Of a stretch of DNA of 64,000 nucleotides, positions 62,185-64,000 are shown piece after piece. The first letter of the stretch is position 1. Every line of letters begins with the position of its first letter. Both the position numbers and the translations under genes were made by a program. The DNA is from Lama glama (Eukaryota), in contig CM052852.1 in the NCBI GenBank assembly GCA_028534125.1, positions 94,302,001-94,366,000 on the forward strand, written 5' to 3'. The notes beneath the pieces were generated by a model. It was not told where the DNA came from. It saw only the letters and a list, made by a program, of their open reading frames with translations, and did no database searches.

Positions 62185-62400
62185 CAGTATAGTGTAACAG
62201 CAAAAGATTACAGCCTTTGGAATCAGAAAGACCCTCATTCAAATCTCGAAGCAAGTTGCGTCACTTCTCTAAGCCTCAGTTTTCTCACCTATAAGACAAG
62301 GATAATAGCAGTTATGAACACCACAGCACTATGGTGAGGATTTAGGGACATTTCATGTTGGCATGGGACCTGACACACAGGATGAGCTAATAAATAGTGG
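62185..62400 (+). mobile_element. MIR SINE
   Basis: ctttggaatcagaaagacc...ctctaagcctcagttttctcacctataa. Confidence 0.8.
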
Positions 62401-62467
62401 CCATCATCACCGTCTTCTCCAACATCACCATCATAACCATCACCATCACCATCACCTTCACCATCAT
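62401..62467. repeat. Degenerate (CAT/CAC)n repeat
   Basis: ccatcatcacc...catcaccatcataaccatcaccatcaccatcacc. Confidence 0.8.
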
Positions 62468-64000
62468 TGCTCTTAGTAAACATTATGTCTTTTCACTTGT
62501 CATTAGAGAAGGCTACAGATAATCTTATGAAAGCACACGTTTAAAGATTTTAGTACTTATTCTCCAATAGTTCTGTCTGAAAGTACATCTACAGATGGGA
62601 GATTAGCTAAAATAGAGCAAACTTTTCAAGCTGTGTTCCAGCCAAACAAACAAACAAACAGAAAACAACCAAACCATGGGACTGTTTCTTCCTAGCCACT
62701 TACTGGCTGTGAGACTTTGGACAAGTCATGGCACACATTAAGAACTCAATAAAATTAAATATTAGTATTATCATTATTACATATCATGTGGGGGTTCACA
62801 GTGGCAAAAGGAGATTGTGATGGTAAAAGAATGTTGGACAAAAAAAGGTGTGTGCATCAGATCCTAATAACCTGTTTAGGTCTTGCACTCAGGCACCAAA
62901 CCCAGGGGAGAGAGGAACCTCACCTATTCTGAGATTAGATTTATATGAGACTTTCTCTTTATAAGCTGCAGATCGTTGATAGGCTAATGATGAGTTTCTT
63001 TTTTTTCCCGTCATTTGAAACTATATGTATATTAGGACTCTGTTCATTTTTATACAATTCTAAGCCCAAATTTCATATTACCGCCATTCTCCTCTGTCTC
63101 AATAGCTCATTTTCAGGGGTGAGGCTGTTGGTGATCTCCGCTCTCTGCTCTCGGGGATAAGTACCTGTCATCTCTTCCTAACCTTCCTGCAACTGTCTCA
63201 ACAGACCTCCCCACCCCTGCCCCCTACACAACTCTGTGATCTTCAGTTGCAGGTGAATTCGCCTCCCCCTAGAGGCTGGAAGGGAAAGGAGGACTTCGAG
63301 TAAGTGCGGGTCCCAGCTCTGTCTCTGCCATGTAATCAGAAGCTTGCCTGCAATTTGAGTGTTTCACAATAATTGCCATGTTTTCAATACGAATGATAAA
63401 AAGGCAGATATAAAGGCAAATATCAAGGCCTCTGGCTGACAAAAGCAGATTTCAGAGAGAAATGTGAAAATAGCAACTTACTTCAGCAATAAAGAGAGTA
63501 TATTTTATACTCCAGGTTTTTTCCCCCCGTTTTGTAAAATCATGACTTTCTAGTAAATGACATCCCAGAAGATATTTATCAAAGCGGGAAAGCTGTGGAA
63601 AGGAACACCTCGCATTCGCTTTAATATTTCGCCTTTTCTTTTGACATTTTCTTGCCTAGAGATCTAATTCCATTAAATATGTACATTTTTTTTTTTTGGC
63701 TGGAAGTCTTCTTCATGTATCTTTCAGATAAATCTTAAAAGTACATAAGGTCTGTAGGGCAGCTTTTTTTAAGTGCAAATGAGACACACAGTAGAATATT
63801 GTCTATGAGGGTCTCCAAATTATTTATATTCCTGCAGAGTTTTCTCTTGCACTTTCTGTGATAATAATCAGGGAAAAGGTACAGTTCCAATGAGCCTTCT
63901 GTGGCGCATTGTCATACCACATTAATCATATTTAATATCTGACATGCAGGAACTTACTTTGGCTGATCACTACTTTGATTGGCTTTATTAAGCATTGTCA

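Overview
Mammalian genomic DNA from a draft assembly with seven N-gaps. It is very probably camelid, judged from a Vic-1-type tRNA SINE. The whole window lies inside the X-linked gene AFF2 (FMR2, AF4/FMR2 family) on the + strand. Only two coding exons are supported: 15788-15884 (97 nt, [32 protein letters not shown]) and 33020-33057 (38 nt, AVEKAKPKNNPV-N). From memory these correspond to human AFF2 exons 8 and 9. The rest is intron filled with ordinary mammalian repeats (L1, L2, MIR, MER58, a Tigger2 MITE, MLT1 and MER21-like LTRs) and repeat-free stretches that look like conserved non-coding elements. Nearly all supplied ORFs are spurious or L1 remnants, and I see no new multi-gene system. 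The best leads are: a candidate in-frame 78/111-nt cassette exon behind a ~130-nt CU tract (55609-55686); a candidate alternative terminal exon (from 49880); a TSD-flanked retroposon made only of an L1 5' end (41151-41321); a young, possibly polymorphic L1 (29999-30297); and a near-perfect CTCF motif broken by one extra base (58825-58844). Repeat family names come from recalled consensus sequences and need RepeatMasker/Dfam confirmation; repeat boundaries without a stated TSD are approximate.
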